Positions 17,871 through 29,876 of a stretch of DNA of 64,000 nt are shown here, piece by piece (the stretch's first letter is position 1; the number at the start of each line of letters is the position of its first letter). The stretch is from Macrostomum lignano (lineage: Eukaryota). A program made the translations under genes and the position numbers. A model generated the notes under the pieces. It was not told where the DNA came from and ran no database searches. It worked only from the letters and a program-made list of their open reading frames with translations. The stretch spans positions 248,001-312,000 of the forward strand of contig NIVC01001210.1 in assembly GCA_002269645.1 (NCBI GenBank), given 5' to 3'.

Positions 17871-18788
17871 TTATTAGTATATCCATGTCTATGGCCCTGA
17901 CCTCCACCGCCTACGTGCTAAGAGGCAGGGCGATTAAATATATTGTTTTAAGCTCTTTGGCTCGCCACCAGAGCAGCCCAAGTTACATTATACTAAAGCA
18001 TATAACATGGCGTCGCAAGCAGGATTCGAACCTGCGAGGGAATATCCCATTGGATTTCAACATATGTATGACGGACGCATTCCTTCTATTATGCTGTATG
18101 GACACCCAGCAAGAGATTCACTTCCTGCTCATCGAAGAAGCTTTAATCCCGAATGGTACAACACGATTAAACAAATGGAGGACACAGCATCAGAAATTCA
18201 CGAGGCTGTGGAGCAACAGTACAACAAGTCCAAGAGAAGCTTCGATGGAATCCGAATAGGGTCGACTGTAGTTCTTCAAGAGCCAACAACGAAACTGTGG
18301 CAACGGAGAGAAGTAGTGGTAGAGGTCAGAAAACACCGCGACTACCTGGTAAAGTTGGCGAGCGGCAGAATACTACGGAGAAACCGTATTTACGTACGGC
18401 CAACATTGCCACTGACCGCCGACAACTGGCAAATGACAAAGACGACAAACGGCGAAAGTACAAGACGTACGGAGACGACTCGTACTACGACGGCCAATCA
18501 ACCAAGCAAGGAGAAACCTCGAAGTAGCTCGAGAGCAACGAAGGGCATCCCGCCCGCCCGACTCCAGTACAGTAGGCTAGGACATCCAAAAGTTAATTTT
18601 GTCGAGTGACAAGGACACTGACTTGAAAGGGGAGATTATGTGGATGGACTCTTATTAGTATATCCATGTCTATGGCTCTGACCTCCACCGCCTACGTGCT
18701 AAGAGGCAGGGCGATTAAATATATTGTTTTAAGCTCCTTGGCTCGCCACCAGAGCAGCCCAAGTTACATTATACTAAAGCATATAACA
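17871..18788 (+). mobile_element. Miniature (TRIM-like) Ty3/gypsy deletion derivative, Mag-like: 150-bp LTR, long tRNA PBS, integrase C-terminal remnant, PPT
   Basis: 3' LTR 18639-18788 (TG...CA) after PPT AAAGGGGAGATTA; 5' LTR 17871-18007 matches 137 bp with 2 mismatches and lacks the first 13 bp; ...RDYLVKLASGRILRRNRIYVRP integrase tail. Confidence 0.9.
18008..18060 (-). other. Extended primer-binding site: 53-nt copy of the 3' part of tRNA-Ser(UGA), including CCA
   Basis: Reverse complement TTGAAATCCAATGGGATATTCCCTCGCAGGTTCGAATCCTGCTTGCGACGCCA gives anticodon loop, long variable arm, T arm, acceptor and CCA. Confidence 0.85.
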
Positions 18789-18852
18789 CAAATGAATGCG
18801 ACTGCACTTGGAATCGAGCCTGGGCCGCTGGCACTCCGGAGCTAGGCTACAT

Positions 18853-20101
18853 TTAGTCATCAATGGACGAAGAGCCAGAAGACTGATAAACAGTATCGAT
18901 AACAGTATAGGTGAGCAGGTCCAGTTCAGCCCGAGGCACCAGGTCCACTTCCGGCATCTGTACAACGGGCGCGTGCTGAGAAGAAGTCTTATTGCTGTTC
19001 ATGGACTGCGACTGGCCAGCACGACTGTCCTTCAGCTGATCGTCCAGCAACAGGGCGTGCGTCGGCGACCGGTACTCGAAGCCGAGGAATCTGCAGACCA
19101 GGCCGACGCTGCCGCCGCCCGGAGATGACCGGCCGGGCCGCTGCAGACAGGCCAGCAGGCTGTTCAGGTAGGCGTCCAGGTCGCGGCGCAGCTCGGCAGC
19201 GTCCGGGCCACCGAGGAATCGCTTGCTGGGCAGGTCCGGCAGGCGGGCAAGCCTGTGGTAGGAAGGGGGTAGACAGCATCTGATTGGCTGTGTACAACAT
19301 GTACAGTACTGGCTGTTTACAACTTGTACAGTACTGGCTTTGTACGACTTGCACAGTACTGGCTGTGTACAACTTGTACAGTACTGGCTTTGTACGACTT
19401 GTACAGTACTGGCTTTGTACGACTTGCACAGTACTGGCTGTGTACAACTTGCACAGTACTGGCTGTGTACAACTTTCACAGTACTGGCTGTGTACAACTT
19501 GCACAGTACTGGTTTTGTACAACTTGTACAGTACTGGCTTTGTACAACTTGTACAGTACTGGCTTTGTACAACTTGTACAGTACTGGCTTTGTACAACTT
19601 GTACAGTACTGGCTTTGTACGACTTGTACAGTACTGGCTTTGTACGACTTGCACAGTACTGGCTGTGTACAACTTGCACAGTACTGGCTGTGTACAACTT
19701 GAACAGACTAGGAAGGCTTGCTTTCAAAGCTGGCGTAAGCAACCTTTTAGATGCGTACTAAGCGAGGCAGACACTGCTTAACTTGAAAGTGCTGGACGGT
19801 GAATGCGCTAAGTGAGGGGAACAGCTCAATGGAAGGATTTGATCAAATAGAACAGCTTGGAGGTAAAAAAACAAGAAAAGTAAAACACAACACACCTGGG
19901 CGATGCGGCCCGCAGCTGCCTGTGAAGGCGCTCAAAGTCGGAGTACCGCTTTTCAACCGCGTGACAGAAGGTCGAGCCCCGATAGATGCTCAGCTGATAA
20001 GCGGTGAAAGGTTTGCTGCTGGCACTGCCAGACTGCGGCATGCATCTCACTGTCCGCTGACCAACAATGGTGATGTAGAGACCAGACAGTGGGTCCAGCA
20101 T
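18853..20101 (-). CDS. SNX22/SNX24-like sorting nexin (PX domain); exons 20101-19896 and 19252-18853
   Basis: FTAYQLSI...VEKRYSDFERLHRQL..LPDLPSKR...RRDLDAYLNSL PX signature; phase-2 donor CCCAG|GTGTGT matches acceptor CCACAG|G. Confidence 0.85.
19285..19705. repeat. 25-bp minisatellite (AACTTGTACAGTACTGGCTTTGTAC) in the SNX intron
   Basis: Period 25 measured; about 17 copies. Confidence 0.95.
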
Positions 20102-21839
20102 GACCGAGCAGCCTCACTTAATGCTTTAAATGACTGTAAAAAGCTGTACAAATCAGTAATTTATGTGGCAAAAGGCTCTTAATTTTTTTTCTGAAAGTAG
20201 CTTTTTATTATCATAGACAAATGTTACAGGTACTATATAAAACAAATGAATAAAAATCCTATAACATCTATGAATAGAGTTGGCAAGAAATAGAAACATA
20301 ACAAAAAGTCATTATATATGCTTACACCTATAAGTACAAAGCCTGAGACATGAAGTAAGAGGAAATAGCTTCACTTTTGAATAGAAAGCAAATAAGCAAA
20401 AAGCTTTAAAAAGATATTTAAAATGAAGCTAAAATGAAGCTATTAACAATAGAATTAGCTATAACCATTTTTTGTATCAATATCTGTACCCATAGCAATT
20501 TTTTCCATAGCCTAAGGGTCAACAAACCCTGTGGCCAGCAAAGCCTCTATCTGGCCCTAATGTCCTTTGAAACTTCACCATAGTAATCTGGCCAGCTTAT
20601 GGTTTGTGTCTCTTCTCAACTCTCTTTCTCTCCTCTCCCCCATCTCCTTTTATTTTATTTTCTCTTCTCTCTCCTCTCTCCTTTGTCTCTCATCTTGCCT
20701 CTTTCTTCTCTACTCTTATCTTGACAACATAGCTCTAATATTATCCTATCTCACCTCTTCTCTCCCCTCTTGTTTTCTATTCCTGCTCCTTTCCTCTCTC
20801 ACATCATAGCCTACAGCCATGAGCTAGATTCTTCAGCTAGCTCTTGAATTGATAAATTTTGCCAATCCCTTGCCAAAATATATATATATAGCCAATTATA
20901 GCTAAGGTCATATTTTCAATCAAAAAGATACATCAACCAACATCTGGGAACATTTTTAATATAGTGGAATAATAACAATATTGCTACAGAAGTAGTATTC
21001 CACCATAGCTACAGCTATGGGATCTTATGGAAAATATGGTAAAATAGGTGACTATAGCAATGGATACACCTACAGTAGATAGCTGCTCTTATAGCTACAA
21101 CTACAGAAATATGATAGTTGCTATTATATTCTGTAGATTCACATAGCCATAGTTATAGATTTAAAAAAAACAAAAAAATATTCAAAACAGGTAGAGTAAA
21201 ACAAAGATACCTTGGTAAACTGTATTATAGATAAGAAGCTTATAAATTATACCTAATATAAATATGATTATAATATGATATGATAAATATGAAAATAAAA
21301 TATTATCATATTATTATTATATTATGATATATATGATAAATATAATAATATAATACAATATAAACCTTAAATTTTAATACATGGGAATATGATAATATTG
21401 GAATCCCTATGGCTATAGAATATAGAGAATTGGAATAAGCCATAGTTTTGTTTACTGCTATGGCTATGGCACATGGACCCCCCTTATAGTGGAACATAAC
21501 ACAGAAGCAATTTTTTGTTTGATGCATTATATATATTATATCTGTGTGACTGTGTTAGATAAATATTCTACTCAAGATATTTATATATCCTGAGTCCATT
21601 GGTATATTTCACATTGGATAAGCAAAGCCTTTATGAGTATATGCAACTTGAGAATGCAACTTATACTTGTTCAGTTATTTTTAGACAGACATGCAGGCAA
21701 ACATAAACAATGTTTTTATCATTTAATAAGGGCAACAACCTTTTTGGGGATGGTTGAACCCCTTATAAGCCTAACCCTTTTCATCTAGAACCTCCTTCCA
21801 ATGAATCCTTTTCAATGAAACTTCTTATAATGATCCCCT

Positions 21840-22019
21840 TCAATTTCCCCTTCCCTTTCCCAATCCCCTCCAGCTAGGCTGCAGGTTCTCCATGGCACCT
21901 AAAGACATCATGTAGAACACACTGTTATACTTCCTAATATCTTTTAGGAACGAAAGGTTTTGAGGGTTGTTGCCACTTACTTTAGTAGTCCCTTTAAGAC
22001 AGTGGGTAGTTCTTGGCAT
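21840..22019 (-). pseudogene. Helitron Rep/helicase N-terminal remnant
   Basis: Manual translation SGNNPQNLSFLKDIRKYNSVFYMMSLGA resembles the conserved Helitron motif F+xNIRxYNSxFxxTSxGA; 59 aa, so absent from the ORF track. Confidence 0.65.
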
Positions 22020-23228
22020 AGCTTGGCATGGCAGATAGAAAACTAATAATGTCAGTAATATATTAGTAGGCTTTAAAATGTTATAGGGGCCTATAAAGTG
22101 AATTCACAAAGATTAATTGAGAAGAAAACTAGGGTAGACTAATTTATTTAATGGTTAAGGCCTATATGTATCTGGTTTATTTTTATTATCTAATGGTAGG
22201 CCATGCTAAATTATAATCACCACTTAACAACTAATAAGTAGCAAGGCAAGTCATAGGCCTACTTCATCTTGTTGCTTACTTTATCTTCAACTACTTCAGT
22301 ATTTAAAATTCTAAATTAGTTATAAATCTAAGCAATTTTAACAAACTATATTTTATAGGCCTAGAAGCTAGATTTTCATATTGAATGCCAAGAATTGGTT
22401 TTAAAATGAAAGACTATGAAATTGAAAGACTCATGCAAAAATATAATGTTTGTAATGTTAACAATAGTGGAATTACTATTGTTAAACAGCATTTTAAGCT
22501 AAAAAATAATAGACTTCAAATCAAAAAGTTTCATTACTAGGGATTAAACTAGGCCTACTAATCTTTTTAGAGCCATGTTTCCTAATTAAAAAATTGTGGC
22601 TAAATATTCTTGTGGTTAAGTCTAGGCTATAGCAAACAAGCATGTGCATGCTATTTATTGGCATTTTCTATTGCCCTATATGTGAGGAGAGGACCCTAGT
22701 AGGGCCTACATTACAAAAAATAGGGCTAATAATTGAGCAATGATAAGTTATAAATATAACCATCTATATAAGCATTTAGCTATAGGCCTATGCACTAATG
22801 CACTAGGCCTATGCTTTTGAGAGCAAAAATCTACATCTTGGCTTTCATGTGATATGCCTTTAATGCCAAGCCTATAGGCCTAGGGCCTATGACAAAAATA
22901 ATAATTATAGGGGTCTAGGCTAGCTAATGCTAATAATAAGTATGAAAGAGATAAATTTTGAAAACGTAATTTTAGTCCACGCATGCATGCATGGACGTCC
23001 GTCCGCGGCGCGCGGCCAGCACCTCGTGCGGGCCAGATTGGAAATGCAATCAAATTTAAATTACTGTGACGATCAACTTCATGGAAAATAATGAGCGAAA
23101 ACCACGATGTGTACGAGCCAGGAGTTCAAAAGTAGCCAGTGACACTTTTGATCGCTGAGCAAAGACGAAAACACCTACAATGACAATTTTTTACACATTT
23201 TAAAGAAAATCTGTTATTTCCAATGAAA

Positions 23229-23709
<481 letters not shown>

Positions 23710-23720
23710 GGCCAAAGTTT

Positions 23721-25253
23721 TGTCTGTGGCCAAAACTGTCCCCGAGTGACGCGCACGCGCTAACTTGAAATTCAAAAGAAACAAAGTCACATTCTATTTC
23801 GACAGAGATTTTTGCACATAGATACATTTTTATTACATTAATCTAATTTTTTGTTTTTCCTGCACTGCATAACTGTACAATCGTTGCGCAACAAGAAACG
23901 ATATGAATGCTGAAGATCAGATTGAAGAAGAGGATGAATTGATGGAAGAAGAAGGAATCGCTGAATTTGAAGCGGAATTCGATGAAGATATCGTGGAACA
24001 GCAGCCTCGCCAGTACGCCATTGTAAGCTATTGATGCTATTGACGGACCGTATCATCAATGCTGCTGATCGTGGGGATGACTTTGTGGAACTGGCGCGCC
24101 AACTTGGAGTCAAGAGGTCAACAGCGTACACAATTGTGCGGTCAGGGAGAGCGGAAAAGCTGCCCAAAGGCGGAGCCAAACGATTCAAGTGGGATGAAGA
24201 AATGCAAGCCCACGTACTTGGTCTCATCCAAGCGAATCCGCTTATAACACTAAAAGAAATGAATGCTGATCTGCGCCAGAAACTCCCAGAAAAGCCGCAC
24301 GTAACGGAGAAAACGATCAGCGTTAAGCTTGATGGAGCTCTGTACACCACTAAGCTGGCACGAGATCTCCCTGCAGATCGCAACTCCCCTCGTGTGATCG
24401 AAGTGTGGAGAGAATTTTGCGAGTGGCTTTGTTCTGTCGATGTTGTATCTGGCTACAAGATATTCATCGATGAATTTGGCTTCAATACGTGGATGAGACG
24501 ATCAATAGGGCGCTCTCGACGTGGTGAACGCGTATACAGGCAAGTGGCTACTCAGAAGGGACTTCGAGTTACCGTCTGTTTGGCCATTTGTCCAGGTGTC
24601 GGTGTCGTGCACTACCAAATGCATGTATGATAAGGGCATGACTAAAGCGAAGTTTGGTGAGTTCCTGCAGATCACCGTCGGAAACTTCCAAGCTGAGTTC
24701 CCAGTCTCGCGTTGTTATGTTGTCATCGACAATGTAAGTTCTCACAATGACGCCGAAGACTACGAGATTCCGGACACCATTCAGGTCAAGCGGCTTCCAC
24801 CATACAGTCCATTTTTGACTCCTGTGGAGAACTCAATCTCCTGTTGGAAGGCCGCTCTGAAGAGAGAACTGGCAGCAGACCAGCAAAAGTTCATCGCTCC
24901 GACAGCCGAGCAGCGCGGGAATCAGTCGATGGCGGCCTATCGGCGAGACATTCTGTACAACATGGTGGACAGAACCATTGGCTGCATCTCTGCGGACAAG
25001 TGCACTGAGTGGTTCAACCATGTGTTTACTTATGTCCCTCGCTGCCTTGGTGGACAGGCAATTGATGGTTAGGTGTCGCAAGTTGACCAACTAACACTGT
25101 CTTGTTCCTGTTTTTTTATTTTACTCTTATTTCCGTCGATTTTTTGTGTTTTATCTCGAGTATTTGTCGAAATAGAATATAATGTGACTTTGTTTCTTTT
25201 GAATTTCAAGTTAGCGCGTGCGCGTCACTCCGGGACAGTTTTTGCCAGAGACA
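23721..25253 (+). mobile_element. Tc1/IS630-like DNA transposon with about 100-bp imperfect TIRs
   Basis: TGTCTGTGGCCAAAACTGTCCCG-AGTGACGCGCACGCGCTAACTTGAAATTCAAAAGAAACAAAGTCACATT at left is inverted at about 25155-25253; encloses a transposase. Confidence 0.9.
23903..25072 (+). pseudogene. Disrupted DDE transposase (HTH plus DDE_3-type domain, DD32E)
   Basis: ELARQLGVKRSTAYTIV HTH; IFIDEFGFN, VVIDNVSSHN, LPPYSPFLTPVE; GCTATTGA duplication at 24027-24043 and frameshift near 24620. Confidence 0.88.
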
Positions 25254-25419
25254 GTCTGAATTGAATTTCTTCTGTTTCAATAGTGTAGTGACTGGCTGCT
25301 ATCTGGTTATTCAGCAGCATTCACTAGCTTTCCCTAAGGGCGCTGTGATCCGCTGCACAGTAGCTCAGTCCACCTGATCTAGTGAGAGAGATACCCTGTG
25401 CTGGGCCTAAGTGTTTACT

Positions 25420-25815
25420 GCCCGATGACTCATCGCCTGAGCGGGCGCGGGCAGCCACACTCAATGTCTTCCCACTCGCGCTGAGGAAGCGTAGCAGGAT
25501 GACTCATCACCTGCGCGGAGTATAATGGCTGCCTAGAGGGAGTAAACAGGATGACTCATCCGCCCATGTTCTATTTTTAGCACAGAATAAGCACGTGACT
25601 GTGCACGCACGCTGTGCGTGGCTACTGACCTTGAGTCACGCCACTGCTGTGTGACAGGGTTGCCTTATTTGGAAGTTGGCCTTGAATCACGCGTCGTTCG
25701 CATGATTTCAATGCCCCAAATAAGGAAGTTTCACGCGCTCACCGCATGAAACTCACGTGACTTTTGGGGGTCCGCTCGTCTATAAATACGGAGCATCTGC
25801 GAGCCATTTTCTCCA
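25420..25815 (+). promoter_or_regulatory. Cluster of 4 AP-1 sites, 2 CArG boxes with adjacent GGAA, a TCACGTGA E-box and a TATA box
   Basis: TGACTCA at 25426, 25500, 25552; TGAGTCA 25632; CCTTATTTGG 25663; CCAAATAAGG 25716; TCACGTGA 25753; TATAAATA 25781. Confidence 0.6.
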
Positions 25816-26454
25816 GACCTGCGTCGTCTCGCGGAGCATTGTGGCTAACTCGTGAAGCCTCTGCCTCCGAGCTCTCCTCTCTCATTTCAGGTTTTACAGG
25901 TTTTCAGGTCCGAGCAGCATTCAACTAAGACGATCGACTGTCGAGACATTTTCAGATTTGGCCTTTGCTCCGAGTGTCTTCGTTAATTTTATTTCAGGTG
26001 ATGGATAGACAACTCTGCCGACACGTCGAGTCCGCACACCAAGGTGGCAGCAACCCTACCAAGTCAAGGCTAACGTTTTAGGTTCATTTTCAGGCAAATC
26101 TATAGGACCGAAGCAAAGGGCAAACGTTACAATAGAAAGGGACTTTGTTTGAATTGAATTTCCGCAAGCGCTGATATTTATTAAAGTGTCTGAATTGAAG
26201 TTCTGCTTGTTTCTTTTGAACAAGACTTTGTTCAAAATAGGAGGTAAAATGGTGTAATACGTAAGTACTTTAATAAATACTACTGACATAGACCAACAAC
26301 AGTCTTTAATTGTGTGTCGCATGCAGTTAAAACAGATTGAAGTCAATCAAAAATCTAAACAAAGCTGCTATAGAGCATTATTATTTAGTAACTTCACTTA
26401 AAAAAGGATTTGGTTAAGACAAATTAACCAATGTGACGTGAATTTGCAATTGAG

Positions 26455-26920
26455 ACAGATGCTAATATAGCCAATGTCTAGACACCCCTAGACACTAGGA
26501 CAGATGCTAAGTATAGTCCCTAGACACCCCTAGACACTAGGACAGATGCTAAATATAGTCCCTAGACACCCCTAGACACTAGGACAGATGCTAAATATAG
26601 TCCCTAGACACCCCTAGACACTAGGACAGATGCTAAATATAGTCCCTAGACACCCCTAGACACTAAGACAGATGCTAATATAGCCAATGCGTAGACACCA
26701 CTAAGACAGATGCTAATATAGCCAATGCCTAGACACCCCTAGACACTAAAGACATGCTAATATAGCCAATGCCTAGACACCCCTAGACACTAAGACAGAT
26801 GCTAATATAGCCAATGCGTAGACACCACTAAGACAGATGCTAATATAGCCAATGCCTAGACACCCCTAGACACTAGGACAGATGCTAAATATAGTCGCTA
26901 GACACCCCTGGACACTAAGA
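26455..26920. repeat. About 42-bp minisatellite (TAGACACCCCTAGACACTAGGACAGATGCTAAATATAGTCCC) with shorter variants
   Basis: Period 42 measured at 26521/26563. Confidence 0.92.
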
Positions 26921-27123
26921 ATTGACTTAATTTACACTGACAGTAACACTACTGACGTTAAGTACACAGATTTAATTAATCACAGTGCTTCCAGGGGGGT
27001 GTAGGATGATAGGATGAGCGGCAGCTTACAGATAAATGCATGAGCTGCCTGTTCTTTGTGCAGACTTCTATATCCTTCAAATTTTAACAGACGGTTGTCT
27101 GGTCCAAGCACTAATGAACAAGC

Positions 27124-28929
27124 ATGCTGGTAATAAGTGTGCTAAATCTCTCCAGTGCTCGACTGGTCAGTAGGCAACGCAATCGGAATTTTCTGAGCAG
27201 CTATGTATTCGGCACCACACGACGCCAGCCGCTTCGAGCTGATACAATCGGCCAAGCGTTGAACGCAGCTAGGCACAGGCAGCCAGATCAAAAAGCGTTC
27301 ACATTTTGCTTCGGTAGTGAAACCGTAGGTAATTCGGGTCCGCGGATTGTACGCTTGATCGGTCAGCTTCGGACTGACGTTGACCGACTGGCGGCTGGAC
27401 TGCTGGCGGCAGGCTTGGAGCCTGGCGATCGAATCGGCGTCTGGGACCCAACAGCCTGCAGTGACTCACAATTCAGTTCGCGGCCGCCAAAGCTGGCCTC
27501 GTTCTGGTGCCCATCAACCCTGCCTATCGGGCTGACGAACTCCGTTACTGTGCAAACCACATCGGACTTCGGGCGCTAGTTTATTCGAAGTCGTCGGACT
27601 ACAATAGAATGCTAGATTTATGGCCACAGTTGGGCACAACGCAAAAAGGCTGCCTGGCTAGGGATTCAATGCCAACACTCAGCCACCTGGTTGCCATGGA
27701 TGATATCAATCGGCCAGGTTGCTTTGGATTCAATGAGATCTGTCCTGTCGGAGAAAACAGCGATGCACTCGACAGACTTGCTCGAATCGAGGTTCGAGTT
27801 CAAATGAATGACATTGCGTGCATTTTATTCACGTCTGGAACTACCGGAAGTCCGAAAGGGGCCGCGCTGACGCATCACAGCATACTCAACAATGCTCGCT
27901 TCGCTGGGATTAATGCTGGTTTCGATGGATTCAGGCAGCGCATTTGTCTGCCGGTACCATTTTATCACTGCTTCGGCATGGCTATGGGCATCTGCAGGTG
28001 CTGTTCCACTCTGCCAGCTTAGTCTATCCGGCACCGAGCTTCGACCCTGTGGCAACAATCGATGCAATAGAAACTGAGCGCTGCACAGCCGTCTACTGTA
28101 CACCAACCATGCTGATCGATCTGCTAGAGCAGCCAGGTGTCGCTTCAAGGAATCTTTGCAGCCTGAGTGGTGGAATCGTCGGGGGAGCGACCTGTCCGTC
28201 GGAAATCATTAGACGAGCAAGTTCGGAGCTCGGCATGTCCCGCGTGACAATGGGCTACGGAGCTACAGAACCGAGCCCGATTATTTTCCATTGCCGTTGG
28301 GATGACAGCCAGGAGAAGCAAGAGAGTTCGGTTGGTCGGGTTGCGCCCCACGTGGAGGTAAAGATTGTAACGCCGAAGGTCTTCTAGTGCCTAGAGGCCA
28401 GCTGGGCGAGATCTGCACCCGAGGCTACCTACTCATGCGAGGCTACCATAACCAACCAGAAGCAACGGGTGAAGTGATCGGGCCCGACTGGTGGTAGAAG
28501 ACTGGCGATCTCGGCTTTATCGATGAAGACGGATACGGCTATGTCAAGGGACGCATCAAGGACATGGTTATTAGAGGCGGCGAGAAAGTCTATCCAGCTG
28601 AGGTTGAAAACCTCCTGCACACTCATCCTTGTGTGTCGGAAGCTCAGGTTGTCGGCGTTCCGGATCCTCGTATGGGAGAGGAACTTTGCGCAGTGGTGCG
28701 TCTGAAGACCCCAGTGAGCGCCGAGGATTTGAGGGCCTACCTACGATGCCGAATTGCCCATTTTAAGGTACCACGTTACGTAATTTTCAGAGACCACGAA
28801 ATGCCCATGACGGTTACAGGCAAGGTGCAGAAGTTCAAGCTGCGTGAGGAAGTTGTCAAAGAACTTAAACTTAAATTTTTTAAAATGACTTTTAGAGGAT
28901 GTCTTTTAATTATAAAGAGAAAAGCATAA
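27124..28929 (+). pseudogene. ACSF2: ACSF2-like medium-chain acyl-CoA synthetase, intronless, with 3 frameshifts and 2 premature stops
   Basis: FTSGTTGSPKG, CLPVPFYHCFG, GYGATE, TGDLG, GRIKDMVIRGGE, TGKVQKFKLR motifs spread across frames; lesions near 27450, 27468 (TGA), 27988, 28368 and 28495 (TAG). Confidence 0.88.
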
Positions 28930-29876
28930 TAAGCCATATTTTTATGAATAATATATGCGTCCATAATTCGTACTACTCTTAGCTATACACTGAAAAAATG
29001 GAGGACAGCAAAATTGAATAAAAAACGTTTTTATTCTGAATATGTAACAAAACCATGCCGCTCATGGTTATTAAATATTTAATTGCTCGACTTCGGCATG
29101 AGCAGACATTTGAGTGCAACTTCTCAAGCAAATAAAGCATGGTTCCTTGCATCTAGAATAAAGTCAGCACGTCTTCTGGGGCAGACACTTCAATTCCCAA
29201 AGCCTTCTTCTCGTATTTGATTGGGCCTCGATCTATTTAGATTAATTCAAAATCTCGCGAAGCCCGAAATTTGCATTCATCAGAAAGAGCATGCCTAAGC
29301 ATAGTTGAAATCATGGATAATCTGCAACAACTGGAGCCCTGCATAAATGGGCCCCTAATCTGCATAGATTTTGCAGAAACTATAAATAGCTACCCGGAAA
29401 CATTCATACTGTCTATACTTCCCTTCTTCATCAACAAATTTCAAGTGCAATTGCTCAAAACTACGAAACTACGAATTAGCAATACCAACGACATATGACA
29501 AAGAATGATAGTAAATAAGCTTCTGCACTTTTAGAGCGCAACAGTAGATAAATAAATGCAATAAAAACCAACTATCCAACAGTTTCGGAAGCATTAATAC
29601 AAAGCCAAAAGAAATTAGACGCATTGCACTTAACCAGAAAGATTACTTAGAATTTGTCAGTTCTTCGCTCTCGCTACTGCAAAGCGGTATACGTACTTTT
29701 CAATCAGACGGCTTGTTCACATCGACATCAAATGAGGCGAAATTTCGAGTGATGGCGCGACTTGCATATTCATTTTCATTACTCTGAACATTAGTCGTGC
29801 GAGTTGACGGCTCATTTGACGGCAGTGTAAATGAGTCTTTAAAGACTGCGAAAAAACGTAGCTGCATACCCGAGCT

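Noticed and set aside
18008-18060. Functional tRNA-Ser gene
   Set aside because: Only positions 33-76 present, with CCA, directly abutting an LTR; it is a primer-binding site.
18989-19781. Several overlapping Cys/Tyr-rich ORFs on both strands
   Set aside because: Arise from the 25-bp repeat inside the phase-consistent SNX intron.
27124-28929. Horizontal transfer from bacteria for the intronless acyl-CoA synthetase
   Set aside because: Other host genes here also have few introns, and the protein looks ACSF2-like; needs a phylogeny, with no direct evidence in the sequence.
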